Part shown: one piece after another, positions 1-7,931 of the stretch
Layout: each line of letters opens with the position of its first letter
Position numbering within the stretch: position 1 is the first letter of the stretch
From: a virus
Taxonomy: Duplodnaviria; Caudoviricetes
DNA length: 60,232 nucleotides
Direction: 5' to 3' (one strand)
Virus record (IMG/VR): IMGVR_UViG_3300044825_000282
Coordinates: 1-60,232 of that record
The notes under the pieces: generated by a model
What the model saw: only the letters and a program-made list of their open reading frames with translations
Told to the model about the DNA's origin: nothing
The model's database searches: none
Position numbers and translations under genes: made by a program

Positions 1-37
1 TCGCCTTTTCTTTGTACCTTTCTTTTCGGGGAGAGGC

Positions 38-268
38 ATGAAGGTGCTGCCGGACATCGAGCGCGGCTTTACATGGTCGGAGGAGTACCGCCACCAGTGT
101 GAAGTCCGCACCGTGATCCGTTGGCGCATGGAGGACCGCAACCGTGCATTGAACTACATGGAAGAGGTCAAGAAAAAACGTGGCAAGGAAGCCGGAGAGA
201 TGCTGGAGCGCGATGTGCGTGATCAGTGGACCAAAGGCAATCGAGGCAAGGAAGGAGATTGGCGATGA
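38..268 (+). CDS. hypothetical phage protein
   Basis: 76-aa ORF, GAGAGG RBS, ATGA overlap with next gene. Confidence 0.7.
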   Translation: MKVLPDIERGFTWSEEYRHQCEVRTVIRWRMEDRNRALNYMEEVKKKRGKEAGEMLERDVRDQWTKGNRGKEGDWR

Positions 269-432
269 ATCAAGTTCGCGTTCGCGAGGTCAAGCGGGTC
301 TGGTGGAACGGAATGCTCGGCACTGTGCTGGCAACAGGACGGTCCGAGTATCTGGTCGCCTTCGGGCAAGCCTGTCAGTACGTCCCCAAGGACAAATGTG
401 AATTGGTCTACGGCTACCTGAAGCCCGAATGA
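265..432 (+). CDS. hypothetical protein (MNQVRVREV...)
   Basis: AGGAG RBS before ATG 265; followed by a terminator. Confidence 0.65.
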   Translation: MNQVRVREVKRVWWNGMLGTVLATGRSEYLVAFGQACQYVPKDKCELVYGYLKPE

Positions 433-435
433 AAG

Positions 436-470
436 AACCCCGGCAGAGCGATCTGACCGGGGTTTTTTTT
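436..470 (+). terminator. Rho-independent terminator
   Basis: AACCCCGG...CCGGGGTT stem followed by T8. Confidence 0.85.
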
Positions 471-555
471 CGCCTATCTGAAATCCATCTGAAAGTCACC
501 GCAATTGCGGTAAGCGTTTAAACGCTGTGGTTGCCCACCGGTTTGCCCACCCCCC

Positions 556-2250
556 TCAGAAGGTATCGACGTTCTCGTTGTAGGTTCCAGTGACCTTATC
601 GTAGCCGAGCAGGACTTCACCCTGTGTGCCCACCCAGCGGTAGCGGCACTTCCAAACAGCCACCTCGACACCGTCCTGCGCCCGGTGAACGGTCAGGCCG
701 CAGTCGGCCTTGGCCCACCATGCCATCGATCCTGCGATGCTCATGCCGTCAGGACGGGGCAGATCGCTGCCAGAGCGTTGAACCTTGGAAGGGTGAGCCA
801 CGAACCAGACGTGGACCCCAAACGCCTTGGCGAAGGCTTGGACACGGGTCAGCATATCGCTGATCGCACCAGTCTCAGAGTCACCCCGGTTCTTCATGTC
901 GATGTAGTTGTAGGGGTCGATCACCATGCCCCGGACACCCAGTCGGGCAACCGCAGCCTGTGCGCGGTCGAGGATCGAGTCGATGGTTGCGGGTTCAACG
1001 TTCTCCGAGTCCATGAACAGGAAGTGATCGGTGACCCATTTAAACGCTCTGTCCTTCTCCTCGTCCGTCATGCGGTGGGAGCCTTCGAAGAATCGCTTGC
1101 CCTCGGCGATCTCCATGAAGCGGGTGATGTGGACTTCGGGTTGATTTTCGAATGAGCAGACAGCGAACTTCCACTGGTGCTGCTTGGCAAGGTTGACCAT
1201 CAACTGGTCAACGAAATTTGATTTGCCGTTGGATGGGTAGCCTGTGACGACAGTCAACTGCCCCGGTGCGACTGTGTAAATCTGATCGAGTGTCGCGTAC
1301 CCTGTTGAAACGCCCTTGCCTGTGCCCTTGGTCCAAAGGTCGTTGACTCGGTCGTAGAACTTGGAGGCTGAACTCAGACCCTCGACTGGGTAAGGTTCGG
1401 CTGCATCGATGATTTCTTTGACCCGCTGCGGGCCATCCTCCAGCAGCACCTCGTTTAAATCCTTCCTGTCGAACTTGGTCAGGCGGCACTTGTGTTTTCC
1501 GATTCGCCTTGCCAACTCTTCGGCGAGTGCTTGCCCGGGTCCATCGTTGTCTGTGGCGATGACGATGAAGGGAGCCTTGGAGAGTATCTCGTTTGCGTTC
1601 CAGACGAAAGCAAACTTCTTGTCCTCGCTGGCGGTGACCTTGCCATCAACCACCTTCATCGGCGCACCGGATGGAACAGAGACCACGTTCTCGATGCCGC
1701 ACTCGATGCCAGTCAGTGCATCGATCTCGCCCTCAACAATCACGATGGGTTTGTCTGCCATCACTTGATCGATGCCGAAGAAGTCGTGTGCCCCACCTGC
1801 GTCCTGCGTGAAGTCTTTGTCTTCGATGCTTCGATACTTCGCGGCAGTGATGGAGCCGTTGCGGTAGTAAGGGAAGCCAATCGCTGGTGCGTTGCGCCCG
1901 AGTCGTTGAAACCATTTCTCGGCAGCGAACAACTTCATCTTGTCAGCGGTCTCCCTGCTGATGCCGCGCTTCAACAAGAAGGCGTAGTGTGCGTCTTCCA
2001 ATGAAGACTGCGTGATATTTTGTTTTGGGACGACAGACAATTTTCTCTCCACATAGTGTGTTCTTTTTTCAAATGGGACGTTACCGCTCACCCCGCAGTG
2101 ATGGCAGTGGTACACCCACGCATCATCCTTGCGAGTCACAACCATCTCTTTGAGATTTTGTTTACGGCGTTGCGGTGAGCAACTGGGACAGGCTACACGT
2201 TCGGTGTCATCGACGTGCAGCGCAGATACGAATGCTTGAAGTTCATTCAA
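556..2250 (-). CDS. DNA primase-helicase (T7 gp4/Twinkle-like: Zn finger, TOPRIM, SF4 helicase)
   Basis: CPSC...CHHC Zn finger, EGEIDAL and DNDGPG TOPRIM motifs, Walker A GYPSNGKS, VIDPY Walker B, VAHP motif; TTG start with GGAGG RBS. Confidence 0.95.
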   Translation of the reverse strand: MNELQAFVSALHVDDTERVACPSCSPQRRKQNLKEMVVTRKDDAWVYHCHHCGVSGNVPFEKRTHYVERKLSVVPKQNITQSSLEDAHYAFLLKRGISRETADKMKLFAAEKWFQRLGRNAPAIGFPYYRNGSITAAKYRSIEDKDFTQDAGGAHDFFGIDQVMADKPIVIVEGEIDALTGIECGIENVVSVPSGAPMKVVDGKVTASEDKKFAFVWNANEILSKAPFIVIATDNDGPGQALAEELARRIGKHKCRLTKFDRKDLNEVLLEDGPQRVKEIIDAAEPYPVEGLSSASKFYDRVNDLWTKGTGKGVSTGYATLDQIYTVAPGQLTVVTGYPSNGKSNFVDQLMVNLAKQHQWKFAVCSFENQPEVHITRFMEIAEGKRFFEGSHRMTDEEKDRAFKWVTDHFLFMDSENVEPATIDSILDRAQAAVARLGVRGMVIDPYNYIDMKNRGDSETGAISDMLTRVQAFAKAFGVHVWFVAHPSKVQRSGSDLPRPDGMSIAGSMAWWAKADCGLTVHRAQDGVEVAVWKCRYRWVGTQGEVLLGYDKVTGTYNENVDTF

Positions 2251-2270
2251 TTGGATTAGCCTCCGATTGT

Positions 2271-2501
2271 TTACTTGTTGTCGCTCTTGTTCTTGGACCG
2301 TGAGCGCAACCTCAAATTTCCGGCAACGGTCTTGCCACCTTTGCTTATGGGCTTGACGTGGTCAATGTCCTTTCCTGCTCTGTCAATTCCATTCTTGTCG
2401 TACAGCCTTCGCGCCTTCTGGCGCTCAAGGAAACCTTGCACGTCACCGCGCTTTTTTTGTAACTGGTACTCGTGCTTGTAGTCTCGTTTCCTTGTCGCCA
2501 T
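2271..2501 (-). CDS. small HNH endonuclease
   Basis: DIDHVKPISKGG...NLRLRSRSKN HNH signature. Confidence 0.85.
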   Translation of the reverse strand: MATRKRDYKHEYQLQKKRGDVQGFLERQKARRLYDKNGIDRAGKDIDHVKPISKGGKTVAGNLRLRSRSKNKSDNK

Positions 2502-2510
2502 GTAGCCCTC

Positions 2511-2768
2511 TCAGTCGTACAGATCACTGCGCAGCAAGCAACCCTTGATTGCCTGTGCCGGTGTCCATCCTGTGGCGATTCGTCTTCCAAACACGGCAGT
2601 GAAACTGTCTCCGTGATCGGCGATGTCAACGACAAGGTTCCAATTGAATGCGTCTGGGTACGTCATGCACTTGGCAAAGTACACAACGATCTCGTTGTCA
2701 TCCTCTGGTGGTGGACACAAGTCCAAAATTGATTCAAGACACTCGTAGTCTTGTCTTTCGTATTCCAT
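2511..2768 (-). CDS. hypothetical protein (MEYERQD...)
   Basis: GGAGGCTAATC RBS directly before ATG 2768; the track's longer start runs through structured non-coding DNA. Confidence 0.7.
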   Translation of the reverse strand: MEYERQDYECLESILDLCPPPEDDNEIVVYFAKCMTYPDAFNWNLVVDIADHGDSFTAVFGRRIATGWTPAQAIKGCLLRSDLYD

Positions 2769-2779
2769 GATTAGCCTCC

Positions 2780-2990
2780 TGTTACACCTTGACTCAAGTT
2801 CTGCCCTTGGGAAGGGCAGACCTAGCCTTATCCTAGGACTGCCTTCACAACTGCCCCTCGGAGCCGGTTGACCCGCCAGCCTTTTCGATTCAGGGTGCTG
2901 GCTTCGCCGCCCTGTGTCCCGTTTCAAATCTATCCCGTGGTTGGACTATGCACACTTGCGCCCACCGTTGACCGTCACGCAAGCAGGTGA
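2780..2990 (-). ncRNA. candidate structured 5' leader RNA (H-type pseudoknot plus hairpins) of the primase operon
   Basis: CAGGG/CCCUG crossed with GCCAGC/GCUGGC (2875-2914); GGCAG-CCUAG/CUAGG-CUGCC hairpin; alternative CUGCCCUU/AAGGGCAG hairpin. Confidence 0.55.
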
Positions 2991-2992
2991 CC

Positions 2993-3022
2993 AGTTTACA
3001 GTGGGTCGATGAAATTTTTCAA
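2993..3022 (-). promoter_or_regulatory. possible sigma70 promoter for the primase operon
   Basis: TTGAAA-N18-TAAACT on minus strand. Confidence 0.4.
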
Positions 3023-3055
3023 GGCATAGATGCACGATTAGGGCAAGTCATAAGC

Positions 3056-3090
3056 AAAAAAAGGAGCGACTGCGTTTAAACAATCGCTCC
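3056..3090 (-). terminator. Rho-independent terminator with GTTTAAAC in its loop region
   Basis: GGAGCGA..TCGCTCC stem plus T7 on minus strand. Confidence 0.85.
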
Positions 3091-3135
3091 GTTCAAGCCT
3101 AATGGCAACTGCGCTTGGATGGAGAAGTTCCAAGC
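3056..3135 (-). ncRNA. candidate sRNA-B (~80 nt)
   Basis: promoter TTGACA(3169-3164)-N16-GAGAAT; 5' hairpin GCUUGGA/UCCAAGC begins at the predicted +1; ends in terminator GGAGCGA/UCGCUCC plus U7; no ORF. Confidence 0.65.
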
Positions 3136-3141
3136 AGGTTC

Positions 3142-3219
3142 ATTCTCGCGAAGCGGTGTTGCGTGTCAATCGAGAACAAACTGCGAACGCTTGACAAGGC
3201 TCATGCGACTTGTGACAAT
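3142..3219. promoter_or_regulatory. back-to-back divergent sigma70 promoters with GAAC-N7-GAAC between the two -35 boxes
   Basis: minus: TTGACA-N16-GAGAAT; plus: TTGACA(3191)-N17-GACAAT(3214) with extended TG; GAACaaactgcGAAC at 3174-3188. Confidence 0.7.
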
Positions 3220-3225
3220 GCGTTC

Positions 3226-3304
3226 ATTCCTTCGTGATTAGCCTCCGAGCGGATACCACTACCGGTGGGGTAAAGGGACTCTTCGTGAGTCCCTTTATTT
3301 TTTT
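3226..3304 (+). ncRNA. candidate sRNA-A (~79 nt) with anti-RBS seed GAUUAGCCUCCGA
   Basis: near-consensus promoter upstream, strong terminator downstream, no credible ORF; seed is the reverse complement of several phage RBSs. Confidence 0.7.
3272..3304 (+). terminator. Rho-independent terminator
   Basis: AAAGGGACTC-ttcgt-GAGTCCCTTT followed by A and T7 (long U tract only on plus strand). Confidence 0.85.
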
Positions 3305-3681
3305 CCGAGCGGTTCAACACGAATCTCGCACCTCGGGTTCTGCGGGTCGAGCGCCCAGTAGATGTGCTTCTCTTTCACCTGCCTGTCGTTCTTGTAGGCC
3401 ACGTCCTGCAACAGATCAAGGATCAGGCTCTCGTCCAGATCGGGGCGGCGGCTTGCGTACCAAATCTTGATGTGAACGGCGACATCCCCTTCGATCATTC
3501 GGCCTGCTCGTGCTTGCAGTTTAAACGCAGAGGCATACGACAACGCCTTCGCTGACTTGATCAACCGAGGCGAACCTCCGATGGTCACCATCTTCCGACT
3601 GTTGGCTTTTGACGCTGGCTCCCCAAGAATTTTGAATGCAAGTGCTTGTGGCGCGTTCGTGTTAGTGCTATCATCATCCAT
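3295..3681 (-). CDS. rusA: RusA-like Holliday junction resolvase
   Basis: GEPASKANS N-terminal motif, RRPDLD...ILDLLQ...KNDRQV acidic triad, PRCEI C-terminus. Confidence 0.85.
   Translation of the reverse strand: MDDDSTNTNAPQALAFKILGEPASKANSRKMVTIGGSPRLIKSAKALSYASAFKLQARAGRMIEGDVAVHIKIWYASRRPDLDESLILDLLQDVAYKNDRQVKEKHIYWALDPQNPRCEIRVEPLGKK
3646..3674 (+). promoter_or_regulatory. sigma70-like promoter of the recombination operon with a GTTCGTG half-site
   Basis: TTGTGG-N17-TATCAT with extended TG; spacer contains CGTTCGTG. Confidence 0.5.
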
Positions 3682-3710
3682 ATGTTCAATCCACTCTATG
3701 GAGGCTCCTT

Positions 3711-4589
3711 TTGAAAGTCACAAACAAACACAATGTTCCCGAAACATTGGTCGCTCTGGCATCCAGAGATTACTACACGAAAGGCAAGGCTGACTACAGC
3801 GTCACCGAGATCATCTCCCCGCCCCGCATCCAGCGCCTTCGTCGCGCACACCACGAACAGATGGAGCAGGACGTGAGCGATATGCTCTGGCAACTGCTTG
3901 GCTCTGCCCTGCACGTTGTCGCCGAGCGTGGCGCAGCGGACGGTCACATCACCGAGGAGCGCCTGTTCACCGAGATCGACGGCGTGAAACTCTCGGGAGC
4001 CATCGACATCCAGAAGGTGGAGTCGGATGGCACGATCATCACCGACTACAAGTTCACCAGCGCGTGGGCGTTGCGTCAGGACAAGTTCGAATGGGAAGCC
4101 CAGCAGAACATCTACGCATGGCTGGTCGAGCGTGAGAAAAAGCAGAAGGTCAAGGGCGTTCAAATCTGCGCCCTGATCCGCGACTGGAGCCGCCGTGAAG
4201 CGTCCGTCAAGCCCGACTACCCCCAAGCCCCCATCCAAGTTCTTGAACTGCCCCTGTGGCCCCTTGAGCGCACCGAGGCATATGTTCGTGAGCGCATCGA
4301 GGCACACCGCATGAGCAAGGTGCAAGCCGACTGGGGTGATGAACTGCCGCCCTGCTCAGACGATGAACGCTGGGTGCGCGAGACCAAGTTCGCCGTCAAG
4401 CGCGAGGGCAGGAAGACTGCCATCCGTGTGTTCGACACGCAGCAAGAGGCTGACGAACTGGCGGTCAAAGAGAGCGGCTACGTCGAAGTGCGCAAGGGAG
4501 AAGCCATCCGCTGCACTGGCAACTTCTGCGGCGTGGCTGAGTGGTGCAGTCAGTATCAGAAATCCCTGAAGGAGGCTACCGATGAGTGA
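3711..4589 (+). CDS. PD-(D/E)XK (Cas4/RecB-like) exonuclease
   Basis: GSALH, SGAID...ITDYKFT, QQNIYAWL, C-terminal Cys cluster (RC..FC....WC); upstream of the ERF gene. Confidence 0.85.
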   Translation: MKVTNKHNVPETLVALASRDYYTKGKADYSVTEIISPPRIQRLRRAHHEQMEQDVSDMLWQLLGSALHVVAERGAADGHITEERLFTEIDGVKLSGAIDIQKVESDGTIITDYKFTSAWALRQDKFEWEAQQNIYAWLVEREKKQKVKGVQICALIRDWSRREASVKPDYPQAPIQVLELPLWPLERTEAYVRERIEAHRMSKVQADWGDELPPCSDDERWVRETKFAVKREGRKTAIRVFDTQQEADELAVKESGYVEVRKGEAIRCTGNFCGVAEWCSQYQKSLKEATDE

Positions 4590-4827
4590 CCGGATGAGTG
4601 AAGAAAAGTTCTGGATCGTGATCTGGGGTCTGGCATCAATCTGCTTTTGCGTTTTGATTCTGTCGATCACGGCAACTATGTGGAGCAAGCGGTCCCATCT
4701 CAATGAGATGGTCGCAAAGGGTGCGGACCCAATCCGCGCTGCGTGTGCGTTGGATATGTATGACAACCAAACCGTGTGCGTCATACACAACGTGAGGTTT
4801 GACCAAGCATGGAAGGAAGGACAATGA
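4582..4827 (+). CDS. hypothetical membrane protein
   Basis: GGAGG RBS, one hydrophobic segment, overlaps with both neighbours. Confidence 0.7.
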   Translation: MSDRMSEEKFWIVIWGLASICFCVLILSITATMWSKRSHLNEMVAKGADPIRAACALDMYDNQTVCVIHNVRFDQAWKEGQ

Positions 4828-5462
4828 ACGTCTATCAGAAACTCAACGAAGCCCGGGACCAGTTCCATCAGGCTTCACTCAAAAAGAGCGGACACAACAA
4901 GTTCGCTGGCTACTCGTACTTTGAACTCGGTGACTTCGTTGTCCCTGCCCTTGAGATTTTCAAGCAGGTTGGGCTGACCTCCGTCATCTCGTTTAAACCG
5001 GACGAGGCAACCATGCAGATCATCAACACCGACAAGCCGGACGAGATGATCGTCATCTCTACCCCGATGAGCGAGGCATCCCTCAAGGGCTGTCACCCGG
5101 TCCAGAACCTAGGCGCTGTGCAAACCTACCTTCGGCGTTACCTGTGGGTGGCTGCGATGGAGATCGTCGAGCATGACGCGCTCGATTCCACCACCGGCAA
5201 CAAAGCGCAAGACCCTGCGCCAGCAGAACCCGCACCCAAGAAGATCGTTGCCAAACGCTACGAGGAGCAAGACCCGAAGAGCGAACTCTTCGTGCAGTCG
5301 ATGATCAACTGGGGCAACTCATGCACCTCGCTCACCGAACTCACCGACCTGTGGAAGACCAATCAACCGCAGATCGATGAACTGAAGAAGAACAGCAAAG
5401 AACTGTTCAAGCGTGTCCAAGAGCATTTCGCTCAACTCAAAGCCAACTTTAAAGAGGACTAA
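4824..5462 (+). CDS. erf: ERF-family single-strand annealing protein
   Basis: KKSGHNKFAGYSYFEL and GAVQTYLRRYLW...EHDALD ERF motifs. Confidence 0.9.
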   Translation: MNVYQKLNEARDQFHQASLKKSGHNKFAGYSYFELGDFVVPALEIFKQVGLTSVISFKPDEATMQIINTDKPDEMIVISTPMSEASLKGCHPVQNLGAVQTYLRRYLWVAAMEIVEHDALDSTTGNKAQDPAPAEPAPKKIVAKRYEEQDPKSELFVQSMINWGNSCTSLTELTDLWKTNQPQIDELKKNSKELFKRVQEHFAQLKANFKED

Positions 5463-5464
5463 TC

Positions 5465-5752
5465 ATGGCTGATCGTGAATACCTAAACAGCGGCACTCTG
5501 TTCCAGAACCGTGTCAAGAAAAACCCGAAGGCTCCCGACTACCAAGGCGACATGACGCTCGACCTTGCTGCTCTGGGCATTGGAACCGGCAAAGCCAAAC
5601 TGCGCATTGCTGGCTGGAAGAAGACCTCCAGCAAGGGCACAACGTTCCTTTCTCTGAACATCAGTGAATTCAAAGAACGCGAAGAGGGCGGCTACCCCCG
5701 CGCAGCAGCACCGCAGCCGCAGTACAGCAACGACGAAGACGAACCCTTTTAA
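5465..5752 (+). CDS. ssb: single-stranded DNA-binding protein (short OB-fold type)
   Basis: KNPKAPDYQG, IAGWKK, acidic C-tail DEDEPF; follows erf. Confidence 0.8.
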   Translation: MADREYLNSGTLFQNRVKKNPKAPDYQGDMTLDLAALGIGTGKAKLRIAGWKKTSSKGTTFLSLNISEFKEREEGGYPRAAAPQPQYSNDEDEPF

Positions 5753-5766
5753 ACACGGAGGCTAAC

Positions 5767-6111
5767 ATGGCAAAGAAAGTTTCACGGATTGGTTTCCTGC
5801 GCGAGAACCCGGATGCAACCTACGAGGAATTTTTTAAGGCAACCGGTGGTTCAAAGCAGAACTACCACAGCAACCGCTGGCTGATCGGCAAGGAAGTGAA
5901 AGGCGCTTCCAAGCCGCGCAAGACCATGACCGTCAAGGTCAAGGCTCACCGCCGTCATCCTGCTGGCACTGCACCAGCGGACCTGATTATTGCCAACGGC
6001 AAGGTGGTGAAACTTCAAAGCGAGATCGACAACCTGAAGCATCAGATCGTGGGCTTCCGTGCGGTCATCTCTTACCTTGAAGACTTGGCTGGGTTGAGGA
6101 ACTCGCAATGA
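5767..6111 (+). CDS. hypothetical protein with C-terminal coiled coil
   Basis: GGAGGCTAAC RBS; ATGA-coupled to next gene. Confidence 0.75.
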   Translation: MAKKVSRIGFLRENPDATYEEFFKATGGSKQNYHSNRWLIGKEVKGASKPRKTMTVKVKAHRRHPAGTAPADLIIANGKVVKLQSEIDNLKHQIVGFRAVISYLEDLAGLRNSQ

Positions 6112-6521
6112 GTGCCCTGCAATTTGAAGCGTTGAAGGTTGCGTTAAAGCAGGACGCAACCGGATACGTTCTCACGGTCAAGATTCATCCCGACGAGATA
6201 CCCGAGGAACTGCTGCGCGACTTTGTCGGTGCGAGATACGGCGTTGCGATGGTCCGTATAAACGACGACGAGTCGCCCATGATGGTCAAGAACCGAGTGC
6301 AGAAGGCCGGGATGCTATGCCGAAACAACTGGTTCCATCGTTTCCTTACCGAGCGTTACGAGATCGGTAGGGCAAACGAGGCGACTGCGACGCGCTTCAT
6401 TCATGACATCTGCGGCATCAAGTCGCGGACTGAACTCAATGGCAACGCTGCTGCGCAAGAAGCCTTCGACAAACTGGTGGAGGAATACGAAGAATGGAGC
6501 GAGAAAAATGACCCGTTTTAA
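6108..6521 (+). CDS. hypothetical phage protein
   Basis: 137-aa ORF in a translationally coupled operon. Confidence 0.75.
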   Translation: MSALQFEALKVALKQDATGYVLTVKIHPDEIPEELLRDFVGARYGVAMVRINDDESPMMVKNRVQKAGMLCRNNWFHRFLTERYEIGRANEATATRFIHDICGIKSRTELNGNAAAQEAFDKLVEEYEEWSEKNDPF

Positions 6522-6834
6522 AACAGTGGCTCCCCTCATGATCTATGTGCCACCGGCAGAACTTGCGGAACTCAAGAAGTTTGCGAAGTCCGCGAAGAAG
6601 CCCGTGTCCCACATAGCGCGTGAGGGAATCCGAATGCGACTTGCAGGAGAGAGTAACCCCTACAACAGCGGATTCGATGATGGCCTAAGTGCAGCAATGG
6701 ACGTTGCACAGAAAACCAAGGGTGCGCAGATGCGCTTCCCATCCGGCAAATCGTTTGGACAACTGGTGTGCGATGAGATTGAAAAGTTTAAACGCACACG
6801 GGAGATGCCGGAGGGTGGTGATGACGGCGAATGA
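6508..6834 (+). CDS. putative ribbon-helix-helix DNA-binding protein
   Basis: PLMIYVPPAELAELKKFAKSAKKPVSHIAREGI fits the RHH strand-helix-helix pattern. Confidence 0.6.
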   Translation: MTRFKTVAPLMIYVPPAELAELKKFAKSAKKPVSHIAREGIRMRLAGESNPYNSGFDDGLSAAMDVAQKTKGAQMRFPSGKSFGQLVCDEIEKFKRTREMPEGGDDGE

Positions 6835-7090
6835 CAAGCAGGTGGGCGGCAGTCATTACAAGGGAGGAGCAATCCAGCCTTGGGATTACATCGCCGCCAA
6901 CAACATTGGCTACTTCGAAGGCAACATCATCAAGTACGTTTCCCGATGGAAGCAGAAAGGTGGTTTGAACGACCTGAAGAAAGCGCAGCACTACCTTGAG
7001 AAACTGATTGAACTAACCGCACTGGAGGCTAACCGTGATGAGCGCGAACGAATGGACCGCACGAATGGAAGAAGAGAGAGTGAAGACTGA
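6821..7090 (+). CDS. DUF3310 (SaV-like / T7 gp1.7-like nucleotide kinase family) protein
   Basis: QVGGSHYK...GYFEGNIIKYVSRWKQKGGLNDLKKAQHYLE signature. Confidence 0.85.
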   Translation: MTANDKQVGGSHYKGGAIQPWDYIAANNIGYFEGNIIKYVSRWKQKGGLNDLKKAQHYLEKLIELTALEANRDERERMDRTNGRRESED

Positions 7091-7250
7091 GGTAAGCAGT
7101 CTTCCCATCGAGGCAAAGATTGCCATCGCTCTCAGGACAGCAGAGTGCATCGAGCAGAGTAAGGACGCTGACGTGGTCAAGGGTCTGAAGGTTTTGTTTC
7201 AGACCGTGATCCACGACTTGGTGACCATCAAGACCGAGCCGAGGCACTGA
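7035..7250 (+). CDS. hypothetical protein
   Basis: GGAGGCTAA RBS before GTG/ATG. Confidence 0.65.
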   Translation: MMSANEWTARMEEERVKTEVSSLPIEAKIAIALRTAECIEQSKDADVVKGLKVLFQTVIHDLVTIKTEPRH

Positions 7251-7251
7251 C

Positions 7252-7590
7252 ATGGACCAAGAAGACGTTATCCGCATGGCGCGTTCCGATGATTGGGCAG
7301 CCGATGTGTCTTTGAAGTGGGATGCTTTTTTTGTGCGTTTTGCCAACCTTGTCGCCGCTGCTGAACGCGAGAAGGTCGCTGCATGGATGATTCAGCGCGG
7401 CTACGCAACCGGGCACGGTGACACCACAGAAGACCTGCTCAATGAACTTAATTGGCAGATTGCGGAGCGCATCGCCGCCGAGCGTGAGGCGTGTGCGAGG
7501 GTGTGTGATGTGGTCATACCCGGCGACGAGTATTCGACTGCACTCATAAACAGTTACGCTGACGACATCCGCGCAAGGGGAGAGAAATGA
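7252..7590 (+). CDS. hypothetical phage protein (AAEREACA family)
   Basis: FANLVAAAERE / AEREACARVC motifs; resembles 51143..51427. Confidence 0.75.
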   Translation: MDQEDVIRMARSDDWAADVSLKWDAFFVRFANLVAAAEREKVAAWMIQRGYATGHGDTTEDLLNELNWQIAERIAAEREACARVCDVVIPGDEYSTALINSYADDIRARGEK

Positions 7591-7931
7591 ACAGAACATC
7601 CATTGAGGCGATCAACCTTGTACTGGCAACCTTGAATTTCGACGATGCCTATCCGGCCCAGCGTGAACTGCTGCGCGAAGCCTTGGAAGCGGCAAAGCGG
7701 AGTCAAGAACAAATCTCCGGGTTGAGCGCATTGTGTGAGACGTTGAACAAACTGCAAGAGACTGCCGTGCAGATGATCAAGCCTGCGGTGGAGGCCGCAG
7801 TGCTGAAAGAGCGTGAGGCCAACGCCCGTGTGCTGGATGAAATGGCTGACCAAATGGTTGCCGATATGGAGCCGAGTGCTGCCGTGGCGTGGGTGCGCAG
7901 TAAGGCAGAGGAAATCAGGAGACGGGCATGA
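7587..7931 (+). CDS. hypothetical protein
   Basis: ATGA overlaps at both ends. Confidence 0.7.
   Translation: MNRTSIEAINLVLATLNFDDAYPAQRELLREALEAAKRSQEQISGLSALCETLNKLQETAVQMIKPAVEAAVLKEREANARVLDEMADQMVADMEPSAAVAWVRSKAEEIRRRA

Noticed and set aside
498-530. dif-like XerCD site
   Set aside because: Does not fit the 11-6-11 XerC/XerD arm consensus convincingly; kept only as an unexplained palindrome pair.
3127-3188. Assigning an alphaproteobacterial or Gram-positive host from the SOS-box-like motifs
   Set aside because: The phage encodes its own LexA-like domain and the half-sites occur in several geometries, so they do not identify the host.
3711-4589. Cas4 as evidence of a CRISPR-Cas system
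   Set aside because: Stand-alone PD-(D/E)XK exonuclease in an Exo-ERF-SSB recombination operon; no other cas genes.
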